Positions 36,444 through 49,647 of a stretch of DNA of 64,000 nucleotides are shown piece after piece. Both the position numbers and the translations under genes were made by a program. Numbering within the stretch: the stretch's first letter is position 1; the number at the start of each line of letters is the position of its first letter. Source of the DNA: Mantamonas sphyraenae STR306 (Eukaryota; Protista; CRuMs); the NCBI GenBank assembly GCA_026936335.1, contig JAPMXV010000052.1:124001-188000 (forward strand), in the 5' to 3' direction. The notes under the pieces are model-generated. The model was not told where the DNA came from, did no database searches, and worked only from the letters and a program-made list of their open reading frames with translations.

Positions 36444-39400
36444 ATGTTGGACGGAGAGCGCTTTCGCAAACGCAAGCATCGCGCAGCGGCAGTTGCGGCC
36501 GAGCTTGCAGCACGTCAGCAGCAGGCACGCCAACAGGCCGCCTTGGCCTCCATGAGCACCACCTCCTCCTTTCACTCCCTTCCCTATAGCTCCACCGTAG
36601 CTCCATCCCCCATGTACCACCAGCCAGGCACCGCCCTGGGCTCTGGACCCTTTGCGGCTCAAGGCCAAGGTAAGCTCGCCACTTGCACGTCGGCCCTGCG
36701 GGCGCCCACATGGGCCAGGCAGCCGCCATTCACCTGTCCATCTGTGTCATTGAGCTGTCATGTGGCCATCCCGAAGCATTGCCATGGACAGTGGATGGCT
36801 GTGTGACGTGTAGGGAGGGCCGCAAGGTTGGCACGTTGCAACGCCAGCAACGATTCTTTTCATGTGACTTGCGGCCACCCCACCAGGGCCAAGCAGGAAC
36901 GTGGGCACGTATCGGAGGCTGACACGTTGGGCACATGACACATGTGGATGCGTCCCCGACACCCCGCCCCTCGCCACAGTGACACCCACAGATATACTCC
37001 ACTCGGGAAGCGGGAGCAAGGAAGTCGGTGTGGACCGCGATGTACACTCGGTGTCGCCCACAGCGTTGTCGGAGCTCGACCGCAGTTCCTCCGTGGTGGA
37101 ACTGAAGAAACGGGACTCGTTTGCACGGCTGCCGGATTTGAGACAGGGCAAGGTCAACACGGTGGCCGACGAGCGAGCCGAAGAGGAACGGGCGTTGGCC
37201 AACTCGCTGCCCCTCACGGTGCCCACCAGCAGCACCGACACCCACGACAACCAACGCGACTCCAAACACGCCTCTTACGGGGCCGCCGCCCCAGGCAGCA
37301 TGGACATGCTTCACAACTGGTCCTTGTCTGGAAGCAAGGATGATCTGGAGGACGGGGACGACGACCACGACAACAACGACCACGACGACGACAACCACCA
37401 CAATGACCATTCGCACAATGACCACGGCCATGGTGAGAATGCCCATCGTGTGCATGGATACCATCGCACAGAGGGACGCCACACACCCGATGACGATGCA
37501 AAGGATGTGCGTGATCTGGACGATGACGAGGTGGAAGTGGGGGACGGGACGCAAGCATGGGTGTGGGTGTGGCACTACACAGTGCTGGTGGCCTCCTATC
37601 TCCTCTCACTGGCCCTGTTGGCTCTGTGGGTGGTGCCCTTCTTTTTCCAGGACGACACGAGTTTGGAGGTGCACGTGGTGGCCCTCGTACTGGCCGTCTG
37701 CTTCCCGCTCCTCGTGGTGGCCATCGTGCAATCCATCCTTCGCTACCGCAGGCGGCAACGGATCACGCGTGCCTCGGAAGCCACCACCATCCAGGAAAAC
37801 CTGGCCGAACTTGCCATCATGACCAGCGACGGCCTCAACGACCTCGAGGTGGAGCTGGACGAGCATGGACAGGTGCTCAAGGCACTTAAACGTGGCGCCG
37901 TGCGTTCCAAGCTGGCACGCCAGCACACAAGTGCGGCCATGAGTGTGCCTGGTGTCACGCGTCTTCCAGCCGCCGCCGTGGCCCATCACGACCGTGCCGA
38001 GGTGGTGCAGGTGGAGGAGAGTTTGTTGCAGAATGTGGGCACCACCTTCAAACAGAGGTTGTCCCACTCGTTGGAGGTGAGCACCAGCACGGGCTTCACC
38101 CTGGAGTGCATTCAGGTGGCCACCTCGGTGCTATCGTGCATCCAGTACGTCGCCCTCACCTACTCCTATCGCTTCTCCCTCGACCCGTCTGTGCCTCTGG
38201 ACCAGGCCTACTCCATTGAAGACGCCGGCGTTGGGTTCCACAGCAGCTTTGGCACCGATGGCGTCGTGGAGTATTTCATCTACTTCACCATTGCCCTCGA
38301 TTACCTCGTACGCCTCTGGGTCAGCGACAACAAGTTTCGCTATGTCTTCTCCTACGCCTCGCTCATCGACCTGGCATCCGGCATTCCCATCCCGTACCGT
38401 CCCTACCTCGGCTCTGGGTTGCGATCCGTGGGCTACGATCCCACCCTGGTGTTCTACCCGGCACGCTTCCTGCGCCTCCTGCGCTCCATGCGTCTGCTCA
38501 ACTCGCCCCTGCTCAGCGGTGTCATCAACCCCATCCGCAGGCAACTCGCCGTCCTCGTGCTCTCCATCCTGTGTCTCCTCTGCCTGTCCGCGGGCCTGTT
38601 TGTGGGCGTGGAGTTTCCCTGTGCCCGTGTGGCACCCAGCGAGGCACGCAGGGAACTGTGTGTGGATGGCTTCCGCAGCTTTCCCACCACGCTGTACTTT
38701 TGCATTGTCACCGTCTCCACGGTGGGCTACGGCGACATCACGCCGCAGACCAACACGGGCCAACTGCTGGTGATGATCATGATGCTGTCCAGTGTGGTCT
38801 TGATTCCCATCCAGGTGTCCAATCTGGTGGATCTTTTCAACGCCACCGCCTTTTCGGGCTCCATCCACTCCAGCGTGAAACAGGAACACGTCGTCGTTGT
38901 CGGCGACATCACCATCGGCTCCGTGCGTGCCATCCTCCACGAACTCTTCCACGAGGATCGTCAATCGTGGACCAACATCTCCGTGGGTCTCTTGTCCACC
39001 AAGATGCCCGACGACGAGTTGCAGGCCATGCTCAAGGTGCCCTTCTTTCGCGGTCGCGTCACTTTTCTCCGCGGCTCACCCTTGAATCGTCATGATCTGC
39101 ACCGAGTGGGCATCCAGCGTGCCAAGGCCTGCTTTGTCATCAACGGCAAGCACATGTCGGCCACGATGAACGCAGACGACAGCACTGTGGTGTCCATGTG
39201 CCTGGCCGTACGCAAGCTGTCCCCTCGCATCCGCATCTTTCCACAGGTCATGCGTCCCGACTCGGAGAACGTGGTGCGCAACGCAGGCTCGGACCACGCG
39301 CTGTGTGTGCCCCAGTTGCGTTGGCAACTGCTGGCACAGAATTGCATGGCCCCGGGATCGGCCACCCTGATTGCCAATCTGACCAAGTCGTATACGCTGC

Positions 39401-42006
39401 GTGTGTTTGACGACGCCCAACAGGAGGCCACTTCCATGGCCTGGTGGTCCGAGTATCGATACGGCGCCGCACACGAAATCTACAGGTTCAAGATTTCCAT
39501 GAGCGATGTGTTGTGTGGCATCCCGTACTCGGACATGGTGGTCCATCTGTACCAACAGTATGGCCTTTGCCTCATTGCCATCGAACACAACCCGGACCAG
39601 GAGCGTGAACACGCCCTCGTCATGATCAACCCGGGCTCCAGCTATCCCATCCAAAGTGGCGACTTTGCCTTTGCCCTCGGGTTGGATCTCGTGCAAATCC
39701 ACCAGATTGTGTTGGACATCCAGAGTGGCGAGGCGGTGCCACCCAAGTATCGCACACGTCGATGGCGCGAACGCAGGCGTCGTGAATCCACGGCCTCCAC
39801 CACGGGCATGGGAATGGGCATGGGAATGGGTCTCCATGGCTCCTCTTCATCCGGCAGTGGCTTTCGTCAGCGCAGCAACAGCCGCAGTCCCATCCATTCG
39901 TCGCCCCTTCGCGATCGCACCACAGTGCAGGAGGAAAGCGAAGAGGATGTCACAGCCGACGACCAGACGACGCAGCAGCAACGTCAGCAGCAGCAACAGT
40001 ACCTGGATGTGCACGGTGGTGGCGGTGGCGGTGGGTATGCGAGTGGAAGCGACGACGCAGGCACAGGTGGAGGAGGAAGCCTGCGCAAATCGGCGTCCTC
40101 CTCCTCAAACATCTCCATGATGTCCACGTCGTCGTCGCACAGTGGCCACAGTGGTGGCAACAACAATGGCAACAACAACCAAAGCAGCAGTGGTGGTGGT
40201 GGTGGTGGCCATGCGTTGGATACGGTGCGTGACAAGGCTCGCCAGATGTTTGGTGGCCGTGTGATGCCTGTGATGTCCACGAGTGCAGCAGCCAACCGAC
40301 GTGTGGTAGAGTTGGAGCTTCCTGTGGTCAGCAAACGCCACCTTGTGCACCACTACGTGTTGATTGACCGCAACCTGGAAACGGTGGCTGCCCAGATGGA
40401 AGAGAGCTTCCGTCAAGAGGTGTGGGGTCAGGTGATGGGACACCGTCACGGCCAGCAGGAGGGACATGCAGGAGACGAGCAGCAGCACAAGGGCGGCAGC
40501 AACTCGCCAGGGTGGATGCACATGCGTCGCAGGCGTCGCAAGCTGTCGCACAGGCAGCGGCGCCAACGCAACAACAACAGACGACGAAGTGGCAATGGCA
40601 CTCACGGCAATCCCATAAGCATCAACGTGGAGCAGAGTTCGTTCGGAGACGGCGACGACGAGGGCAGCGGATCGGATCTGGATTTGCGTGCGGTGGATGA
40701 ACGCGAGGAGGAGGAAGAGGGGGACGAAGAGGGTGGAGGCCATAGCACACGAAGCAGTCGACGTGGAAGCAAGGGCAAGGGCAAGCGTAGAAAGAGCAAA
40801 CTGAGTGACCAAGAGGATGGAGAGGACGAGGACGAGGACGAGGATGACGAGGAAGGAGGAGAGAGTGCAGGCGATCTGCTCAGTCGCTTCCAAGAGGTGG
40901 TGTTGGAAGCCCAAGAGGTGGCCAAACACCTGAAGCAGATGCAAACGCTGCAACCGAGTCACATCTCGGATGTGGCAGGCCTGTTGCGACAGTCACCCGG
41001 TCCGCAACGGGGCGATTCGATGGCCGAGGACGAGGAAGACGACGGGTTTGGCCTGGACGGAGGCAGACGCGCATCGTGGATGACACCCACGTTTGCAGTG
41101 GCAGGATCGGCGGTGGGACTCGGGGCAGCGGAGTTTCTCAAGGTGCAGGAGTCACTGAACCACGCAACCACCCATCAGGTGGATCGTGGACTCAGCGGGC
41201 ACGTGGTGGTCAGTGGCAACCTGGACGGGTTTGAAACGTTTGTGGCGACGCAGCGGCTGAAGAGCTCGGATTTGCGAAAGCGGACGATTGTGATTTTGAA
41301 TCCCACGCCGCCGCCGCTGCAGCTGTGGAAGAAGCTGATGCTGTACGATCGCATCCTGTACGTGCCCGGTGTGTTGGACCGGCTGGCAGACCAGCGTGAT
41401 GTCAACCTGATCTCTGCGTACGCGGTGATTGTAAAATCGCCCCAGAAGGATTCGATGTCGCTGCAGTACGAAGACCGAGACGGCGAGCTGTGGGTTTATG
41501 ACAGGGACACCATCATGCGCACAGTGGCGTGTTGGGAGCGTGTGCATCCAGACACGTTCATCATGAGCGAGATGGGAGGTGCGGCAAACGTCAAGTTCCT
41601 GGAGCAGAGCGAGTTCTGGAGCTCCGAGTACATCGACTCGACAGTATATGCTGCCGGGTCGGTGACGGTGGACACCATGATGGACACGCTGATGTGTGGT
41701 ACATTCTTTTCGCCGTCGCTGCTGTATGTGGTGAAGAAAATCCTGAGGAGCAACCAGATCCGTTTGCTCGAATTACCGCCTGTGTTCCGCGGGCGTCCGT
41801 ACGGCGAGCTGCTCACGTCGATGATGCTGAACAACGACGTGGTATGCATTGGCCTCTACCGGGTCAACAACAACAACAACAGCAACTACGTGGTGACGAA
41901 TCCGCAGTGGGAAACGCTCCTCCGGGCCAGTGACAGGGTCTACGTGCTGGATAACCACGAGCACACCGCGTTCCGACATCGCACAGAGAAGGAGAACAGC
42001 AAGTGA
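36444..42006 (+). CDS. Slo/BK-family potassium channel with RCK domains; intron about 36670-36991
   Basis: S4-like PARFLRLLRSMRLL, pore motif STVGYGDITP, RCK1 (HVVVVG...LHELFHED...GSPL), APGSATLIANL and the RCK2 end YVVTNP. Confidence 0.93.
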
Positions 42007-42038
42007 GACGGGGTGAAGCAATGGAAGGGGTGTCAATT

Positions 42039-43134
42039 TCACTCTTCGTCCTGAATGCTGTTGTTCTTGGTCGTTGTCGTCGACGTCGTTGTCGTCGTGT
42101 TCGTTGTGGTACTGCTGTTGCTGCTGTTTGTTGCAGTCGTCGTGGTGGCGTTGCCATTGCCATTGCCGCTGCCATTGCCCTCGTCGTGGAAACGATCTTC
42201 ACGCTGTTGTTCCTGTTTCGCATGTGCAACACCATCGTCGATGCCTGCTGCCACAAAGTGGTCGTCCGAGCCTTCGGTGTTGGTGTCTGCATCCTCGTCG
42301 ACAATCTTGCCGTCGTCCTGGACAACCAGTCCCCGAAGCTTCCTCGACTTCTTTTTCCCCTTTTTCTTTCGCGGGCTCTTGCGTGGCGACCGGGCCTTGG
42401 GGGTGGCTGCCTTGAGCTGCAACTTGCGTTTGGGTGTGGGTGTGCCCTGTGCCTCGTCTTGCACATCGTCGTCACCCTCGGCAGTGGCTGCGGCGGCGGT
42501 GGGCGTGAGAGGCTCCAGCTTGTGGTCCCGATCGAAGCCCTTGCTCTTCTTGCCCGAGCGAGGCGATTCGTACGGATACTGGGTGATGTTGTTGATGAAC
42601 CGCTCGTTTTCTCGACGTTCAGCCTCCCATTTGAGATGGTTATAGTGAGGCTCACGCGCCTGGATACGTTTCAGCATGGCCAGGTTTTCGTCGGTGATCC
42701 GCCGCAGCTCCCTCTTGCGGTACACTTCGTTCAGCGACTTGGCCTTGAATGCGGTGCGTCGGTTGTCCAGTGTGTTCTTCTTCTGAAGGATGTGATTCAT
42801 CTTTTCAAGCAAGATGCGGTTCTCGTGCTCGATTTTCTGTAGCCGTTCTTTGCAACGGCCACAATGCGCCCGAAGGGAGGTCAGCACCGGCACACAGGAC
42901 ACTGCAGCACGGCCGCAGCACAGTGCCACCCGCACCACACCACACCACATGGGGTGACTTACCCGTCTCCAGCTGTTTCTTCTTTGCCTGCGTGCCAAGA
43001 TGCGAATATGAGGACGGCTTGCGATTGTCGATGTTGGCCTCCACCTGCCGCAACCGCTGCAGGTGACCCTGTCGCATCTTTTGCTCCCATTTACGTTGCA
43101 GGAGGCGGTTGCCCACGGGTTGTCCTCTATGCAT
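42039..43134 (-). CDS. CFAP97-domain (KIAA1430/hemingway-like) ciliary protein; 1 intron
   Basis: MHRGQP...HLQRL...IDN...KKKQLE, ERLQKIEHENRILLEKM, SLN...RKRELRRITDENLAMLKRI...P.Y...W. Confidence 0.85.
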
Positions 43135-43211
43135 GGTGGCCAGTGGAACAGGGGAAAGGTGCGTGTGGGAACAGGTTTGCATGCGCCGGGGCGACCCAGG
43201 CAAACCAGCAC

Positions 43212-43995
43212 ATGAGCAGCGAGGGCGGCGGCGGCGGCGACGTGTTTGTCTTTTCTGTAGGTGATGATGAGGATTGCATTGTGAGATGGGAACCGGATGT
43301 CAGGGTGTGTGGTACAGTGACTGACAGTGTTGGGTTGTTGTTGCTGTTTGTGTGTGCAGCGGGAGGAGGAGGTGTGGGATGATACAGAGTTGATCAAGGC
43401 CTGGGACGAATCCGTGGCAGCGCACAAGGCAGCACGGGAGGCAAAATGGGCCAACAAGGCAAGCACATACACATGGTGGCAGGAGGAGGAGGGCGAGGAA
43501 GGAGCATATGGGGACGAGTGGTATGCAGAGGAGGAAGAGGCAGAGGAAGAGGAGCAGCGGCAAGCGGAGGAAAGCGCGCCACAGGCGGAACCACAGACAC
43601 AAACAGACATCCCCAAAGGACAGGGGCCATGGATGGCATACAAACAAAGCATGGCAGGTGGATACATGAGCTCAGCACCCCCACCACCGCCGCCTCCTGG
43701 GTATGCAGGTCACTTTCACCCGCAGTGCAGCTGGTATGGCATGACGGGCGAGGGGATGATGGGTTCACAGAGCCAATGGAATGGATGGGGATCGGGAGAG
43801 CCGGTGGGGTCGGTGGGGGCACGCAACGATAGCAGTAAGGATGTACAGGTGGCGATGTTGTTGCAACAAACAATGCAGGTGGCTGGGATGAGCATGCCTG
43901 TGCCCACAACGGCAGGGCAGTCGCAACGCACAACCAACACAATGATGGCCATGTATTTGGCAGGATGGTGTGCAGGTAGGATGGATGAGGGGTGA
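43212..43995 (+). CDS. SMN: Survival motor neuron (SMN)-like protein without a recognisable Tudor domain; intron 43257-43359
   Basis: Gemin2-binding motif VWDDTELIKAWDESV, poly-Pro tract and C-terminal YG-box-like MMAMYLAGWCAG. Confidence 0.8.
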
Positions 43996-44041
43996 AGGGG
44001 GAGGCAACAAACAACCAAACCAAATCAAAAACCAAGTGCAA

Positions 44042-45081
44042 ATGTCTTCCAAGTCGGTGTCTGTGGGCACCTCCACGGGTGAGGATGGGGTGGATGAGAG
44101 CAAGCCCAAGCGCAGGTTGATGGCAGCCAGTGGGAGTGTGGCCACAGGCAGTGGAGAGGCAGATCTGGAGGTGGCGACAACGAGCAGCAGCACAAGCACA
44201 AGCACAAGCACAAGCACAAGCACATCGGTATCCAGCACGATGACGACCACTGGAACATCGAGCAGTCCACCTGCGGGAGTTATGGGTGGACAGGAAACGG
44301 AGGAGAATGAGGAGAAGGAGGAGGAAGAAGAGGCGTTGGATCAACGGCATCAAACGGCTGTGGACTTTGACGAGATGGTTCGTGACACAGTGGGCACGTA
44401 CGACGAGAGCAACCCACCCAGCAATCTGAGCGAAGCCAAGGAGCAACTGGAAGCAAACAGGGTGCAGCGATTGGACACCACCTTTTGGGCTCTCAAGGAT
44501 CAAGGCGTCGCTGACTTGTGCGACTCCTTGGCCCTCTGCGAATCCATCACTGCCCTTGATCTGTCTCGCAATGCCATTGGACCAGAGGGAATTGCACGCG
44601 TGTCCCAGTGGCTGGCAACCAATGCTACACTGCAGCAGCTCAAATTGGCGCGTAAGTGAACGGATCCAAGCGTTCCCCTTTTCTACGCCCCCTGCACGGC
44701 ACACTCACGACTTGCACTCACACAAACGGCCAACCACGTCAATCCACGCGTGTTTTAGACAACACAATGACAGAGGCAGGCATCGATTTGGGCCCTGCGG
44801 TGCAGAATCACCCCAGTTTGACAGAGTTGGATCTGAGCTCAACCCGCCTCGAAAACGAAGACCTGCTGGACTTTATGGACGCCGCAAAGGAGAACAAGAG
44901 CCTTTGCACACTGGACATCAGCTTTAATCTGCTGACCGACGACTGTCTGCTCGAATTTGCGGAGCAGTGCAGCCACATGGGCAGTTTGTCGCGCTTGCTG
45001 ATGCGTGGCAACGCCTTGCACGACACGCACATCGCCACTCAGTTCCGAGATCTGCTTCCTTCACACATCGAACTGCAATGA
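44042..45081 (+). CDS. RNI-like leucine-rich repeat protein; intron about 44652-44758
   Basis: ITALDLSRNAIGPEG, LQQLKLA, LTELDLSST, LCTLDISFNLL and LSRLLMRGN repeats spaced about 28 aa apart. Confidence 0.8.
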
Positions 45082-45128
45082 ACAATGAACCACACTGCCA
45101 TCCCTCATCACCCCCCCCCCCCCCCCGA

Positions 45129-47149
45129 TCACGTGGGAATGCGCTTGCTCACCATCCCAAACCGCTCCACCGACAGCAGATCGGCAAGCTCGGCACGCAG
45201 AGAGGCGGTGTCGACGCGTTGCAACCGTTCGCAGGTGAGTGTGAGGAGCACAAGGCCCACCAGCACCTTTGCAGCCACACACACAAGCATGCCTGCGATC
45301 ACCACCTGCCAGCCGCTAGGGTGTGTCAGATCCACCAGCTGATCCAGGGCGTTCTTCACAACCACCGACGACACGCAACACAGCGGAAGGGTCACAAAGC
45401 CAATGCGACGACACACATTCATGTGCTGCAGGGTGCTTGCGGCGCCGTTTGCCTCTGTGGCGTTGCCGTGGTTGCTGGCGTCGCCATTCCCACCGCCTCC
45501 ATTGTGGTCATTGCCACCTGCTGCACCGGATCCTTGATACGAGTTGGTGGCGCTGGAAGGACGGCCATCAGACGGACGGAGGGAGCTGAAAAATGGGGAC
45601 GGGATGTCGTTCAGATCCAGGGTGCCCTTGCCGACGTTGCTGCTGCTGCTGCTGCTGCCTCCCGTGTCCGCAGAGGGACGGCTGTTATGTACAGAGGAGG
45701 GCCTGCGGGAGGTGGTCAGAGGTTGTTCGGCCGAGTTGCGTCGAGAGGCTGGCATGGAGCCTGTGAGGGTGTTGACGAGGTCGAGGCAGAAGAGATCTGC
45801 GTACTGCACGTACACGTCGGGCATGATGAGGTTGAACTTTGTGATAAAGGCATGCTTGACCCAATCGGTGAAGCATTCGCTGAGGTAGACGGCGGCGAGG
45901 GTGAGGAACCAAGTGAGGTCTGTGTTGTACACGTTTTGCAGGGAGATGAGAAAGAGAAACACCACCAGGTGGATGCGTTCCACCACGTCCGAACACGACA
46001 CCTGAAAGAGATTGGTGCGTGCAAAGCTCTTGAACACGTTGCCCTTGAGTTCCACAAACTGGTTGGAAATGAGCAGGGTCAACAGCGAGTTGTTGTGCGA
46101 GTGGATGGCCACGTTCAGAGTGGCAATCTGGTAGAACAACACCGTCGAGTGGATAATCACATACGCCAGTGCAATCACAAAGTGGAACAGCACTTCCGAG
46201 CTGCGCACTCGTCGTCCCGACGTGGAAAAGTACAACGAATCAAGCACATCCTGCCCAAACGACACACACAACTTGTCGCAGATCTCCAGCATGTTGTAGA
46301 TCACATACAGCTTGATGATGCTCTGTCCTCGGATGCTGTGGTACACACGTGACGCATCGTACGTCAACATGATCCCCACCACGCTCATCAGAATCAGCCC
46401 GCGCAAAATCTGGTTCATGTGGTTGCTGCTGATTTGGGACACCCGTCTGTGGTTGTGTGGTGCCACATGCACAGTTCCACGGTGGGTGCCCGTCGTGTGT
46501 GTCAGCCCCCCACCCCCCACCCCCCACCCCAACCCCCTGTGTTCTCCATGTGCATGAAACTCACCCGGTCACCACTCGCCAAACCGTGTTGGCCAGCGAC
46601 CACACAAACCGAAGCGGGTACAGCGTAAACTCAAACAGAAACGCGTCCAGACACACCAAGAAGCCAAACATGACCATCTTTGGTTGCCCAAGGTGTGTGG
46701 GTACGCCACGCAGGGGTTGTGTCAGCGGTGGTGTGCGTGTGTGCAAAGCGAGGGGGTTTTCAACAAGCGTCAACAAAAATGGGGTTGCCGCCGGCAAGTT
46801 ATTTCCAGGCACACACGTGTTGCCTGTGACACAAACGCACCCGTTCGACAGCCTTGGGCACGCGAATAAAGTCATTGATGCGTTCCCTTCGTCTTTGGCC
46901 CAGTTCCTCCTCTACGTTGTCGATACCGGCGATTTCCGCCATGATGATGCCGGCAAAGTGGATCTCCTGCTTGCTGGGCTTTTGCAGCTCGGAGAAGGTG
47001 GGTATGTGCAGGTCGTCTTTGCTCAGTGGTCCCGTAGACGACACCGACGAGCTGCTGCTGTTGCTGCTGTGTGTCGATGGCAGCTGCTGTGACGACTGCG
47101 GCTCGGAAACAAGCCGCGCCGGCCTTCGTTTGAGCAGCTGCGACGTCAT
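45129..47149 (-). CDS. TAPT1: TAPT1/Emp65 (DUF747) membrane protein; 3 exons
   Basis: FGFLVCLDAFL..FTLYPLR, YHSIRGQSIIKLYVIYNMLEICDKL, TLNVAIHS.NNSLLTLLISNQFVELKGNVFK, DWVKHAFITKFN. Confidence 0.95.
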
Positions 47150-47294
47150 CCGGGTCTTGAGTTGGCTCTGCCAGCGACCAATGGGCACAAGCCAGATGGC
47201 ACGTTGTTCTGCGGGGACAAACAACACACAACAATGGATGGATGGGAAATGTGGGTGTTGCATTCCTTGCTTGCCTGCAGCCTGTCGGCGGGAA

Positions 47295-49463
47295 TCACTC
47301 AATCTCGTCGCGGTCCTTGCCACGAGGCTCGACCTTGAGGGACATGCGGTACATCTCGTCTTCGGAGAGGAACTTGGGGAACTTGACGAGGAAGTTCTTG
47401 ATCTGCTGGACCTCGAGGAGGTTGTAGGGACGCTGCTGGTACTGCTGGATCTCCAGGATGACGTTGTACAAGAGGCGACGCTTCTTGAAGTTGATGAGGC
47501 CCTCAATCATGTTGGGGTTACCGTCGTCAATAAAGGTGAGATCGGTGAGGTAGACACCGAGGTAGGGAATGCAGGGCGGGTCGGAGCTGTGCAAGTGTTC
47601 ACGGTATCGCTTGGCGTTGGACTCGGAGCTCATCAGCTGTTCCAGGTCGTGGTACTTGTCCATGTCCCTCTGTGGGATGTCGCCACGGGTGTGCTTGAGA
47701 CGATGCACAGCCGAGTTGTTCAGACCGGCAATGATGGCCATGACCTCGTTGAAGTTGTTCAGGTTGTGCAGGTGCAGGGCAATCTTGACGAAACGGTGCA
47801 TCATGCGTGTGCGGTTCTTGATCTTCTCCTCCTTGATGACACAGTTGGCCGCCCAGTTGGAGACGTCGTTGAAGCGGCCAATCAGGGCCAGCACGTGACG
47901 CGCACGATGCTTGTACTTGGCCTTGCTCCACGCCTGGTTGAGAAACTCCGACGCCTGAATGGCCCGGTACATCTCAAACGTAATGATGGTCATCTGGCGC
48001 GCCACCTCGATCTCATCGATGTCGTCCAGGGTCAGCGTGGACGAAAAGATGTGCTTGGGCACAGACGGCGCAGGCGGCGCCGTGCTGAACATCGTCTCGC
48101 GCGACTCGCTGCGACCCTTGATTTCCTTCTGGATGACCTTCTGCAGCTGTCCTGCCAGCTTGCTGTAGCCGTCCTTGGTCAGGGTGCCCTCCAGAAACAG
48201 GTTGAGGTCACCCAGCAGCTTCTCGTTGAAGTCGGCAAAGTGGTTCTGCAGCCAGTTCTTGAGCACGGAGCACACACGCAGCTGCGTGGGACGCACCTCG
48301 CTACGCAACCACTCCTCCTCGTCGTCCACCTCGGCCGGGCGGGGCACGTGGTAGCGCTGGATCAGCTTGCCCAGCAGGCGTCGCGGCGTGGTGAACGATT
48401 GGTAGGTCAGCAAAAAGGTGCGGATGTACTTGACACCATACTGCGAGTTGGACGTCAGGCGTTCCACGAGCTTGTTCAGCGTGGCCGCCTTGATCTCGCC
48501 CTCCTCCGAATCGTCCATGATGACATTGTTCTCCTCAAGCTTGTCCGCCTCCCAGATGTTGATGTCATCCGACTCATCCTCCACATCCTCCTCCACACCC
48601 AGGGTGAGCAGCTCCTCCACAAGCTCGTCCGTGTGTGTTTCTTGGTCCACCACACGCTGGCCCAGCGTCTTGTCGTACACACTCTCCGACTCGCGCACGG
48701 CGGTCTTGATGATGTGGATGAGCACAGACTTCTTCTGCGTGTATGTGGACGCTGTGGGCAGCGGGTGCGAGCAACGGCGGAGGTGACACAGGGTCAGGGA
48801 GACGTGTACGGGCCTGAGTGTGCAAAACGGCCCTCCTGCAAAAAGGGAAAAGGCGAAAAACCCTCTGTTCGGACACCACGTGGTGCGCGCGTGGGCCCGC
48901 GCAGGCTGGCTTGGATGAACACGTACCCTGGATGCGAGCCTCGCTCTCGAGGACTTCGACAGAGTTGCGCAGGCCTTCGTACTGCAGATGCTCGAGGATG
49001 AGCTGGAGAACCTGCTTGCGGGAAAGCGATTCCTTGACTTCGGGCTGCCCGACGTTGTACGTGTGGCCAAAGGTCACGGCACGCTCGAGCGGGTACAGAC
49101 GCTCACGCAGTTGCTGGATGTGTGGGTTGTTCTTCATGGCCAGGTTGCGCCATTGCGTGCGGTCCTTGCCGTCAAACTGCAGGCTGAGGGCGGTTTTGGC
49201 TGAGGAGCAGAATTCGCGTGTGTGAGCCACGAGTGGATAAACCCCCCCTTCCGGCTTCTGCCATTCGCTTCGATGCCCCACTTACCGTCCAGTTCGTTCA
49301 CGGTGTTGTTCTTCTGCTGTTCGGGCTCGGCAAACGTGCGTCCCACAACGCTGTCGGAGCTGCTTGCGCTCGCAGCGGCGGGTGCGGTGGGCATCTCAAC
49401 AGGCGCGCCTCCTCCAATGGGCGGCGGCGGTGGCGGCAGGTTGAACGGAGTCACAGTCGGCAT
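47295..49463 (-). CDS. LisH-REM-CDC25 Ras guanine nucleotide exchange factor; introns 49285-49200 and about 48925-48720
   Basis: LisH (VLQLILEHLQYEGLRNSVEVLESE), REM (IKAATLNKLVERL...FLLTYQSF) and CDC25 (PPCIPYLGVYLTDLTFIDDGNP...INFKKR). Confidence 0.94.
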
Positions 49464-49647
49464 GGTTTTGAATGTGTGTGTATGTGTGTCTGCAAGCATG
49501 CAAGCCGTTGGATTGGGAGAAGGAGGGAGATGTGTGAGTGAGGGGATGGGGCAAGGGGGGGGGGTAGAGAGTTGACGACGTACGTGACCTTTCTCTTGCC
49601 GGCAATGGCGCATGGGCAGCCAAGGAGACTTTGTGGAGAAAAAGGAA

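Noticed and set aside
4232-43995. SmD3 and SMN (likewise RasGAP and RasGEF) in one window as a functional cluster
   Set aside because: They are about 38 kb and 19 kb apart with many unrelated genes between, which is compatible with chance.
49200-49285. Apparent extra frameshift at a G4 run in the RasGEF 5' region
   Set aside because: An 86-nt canonical intron (gtaagt...ctcac...ttctgctcctcag) restores the frame.
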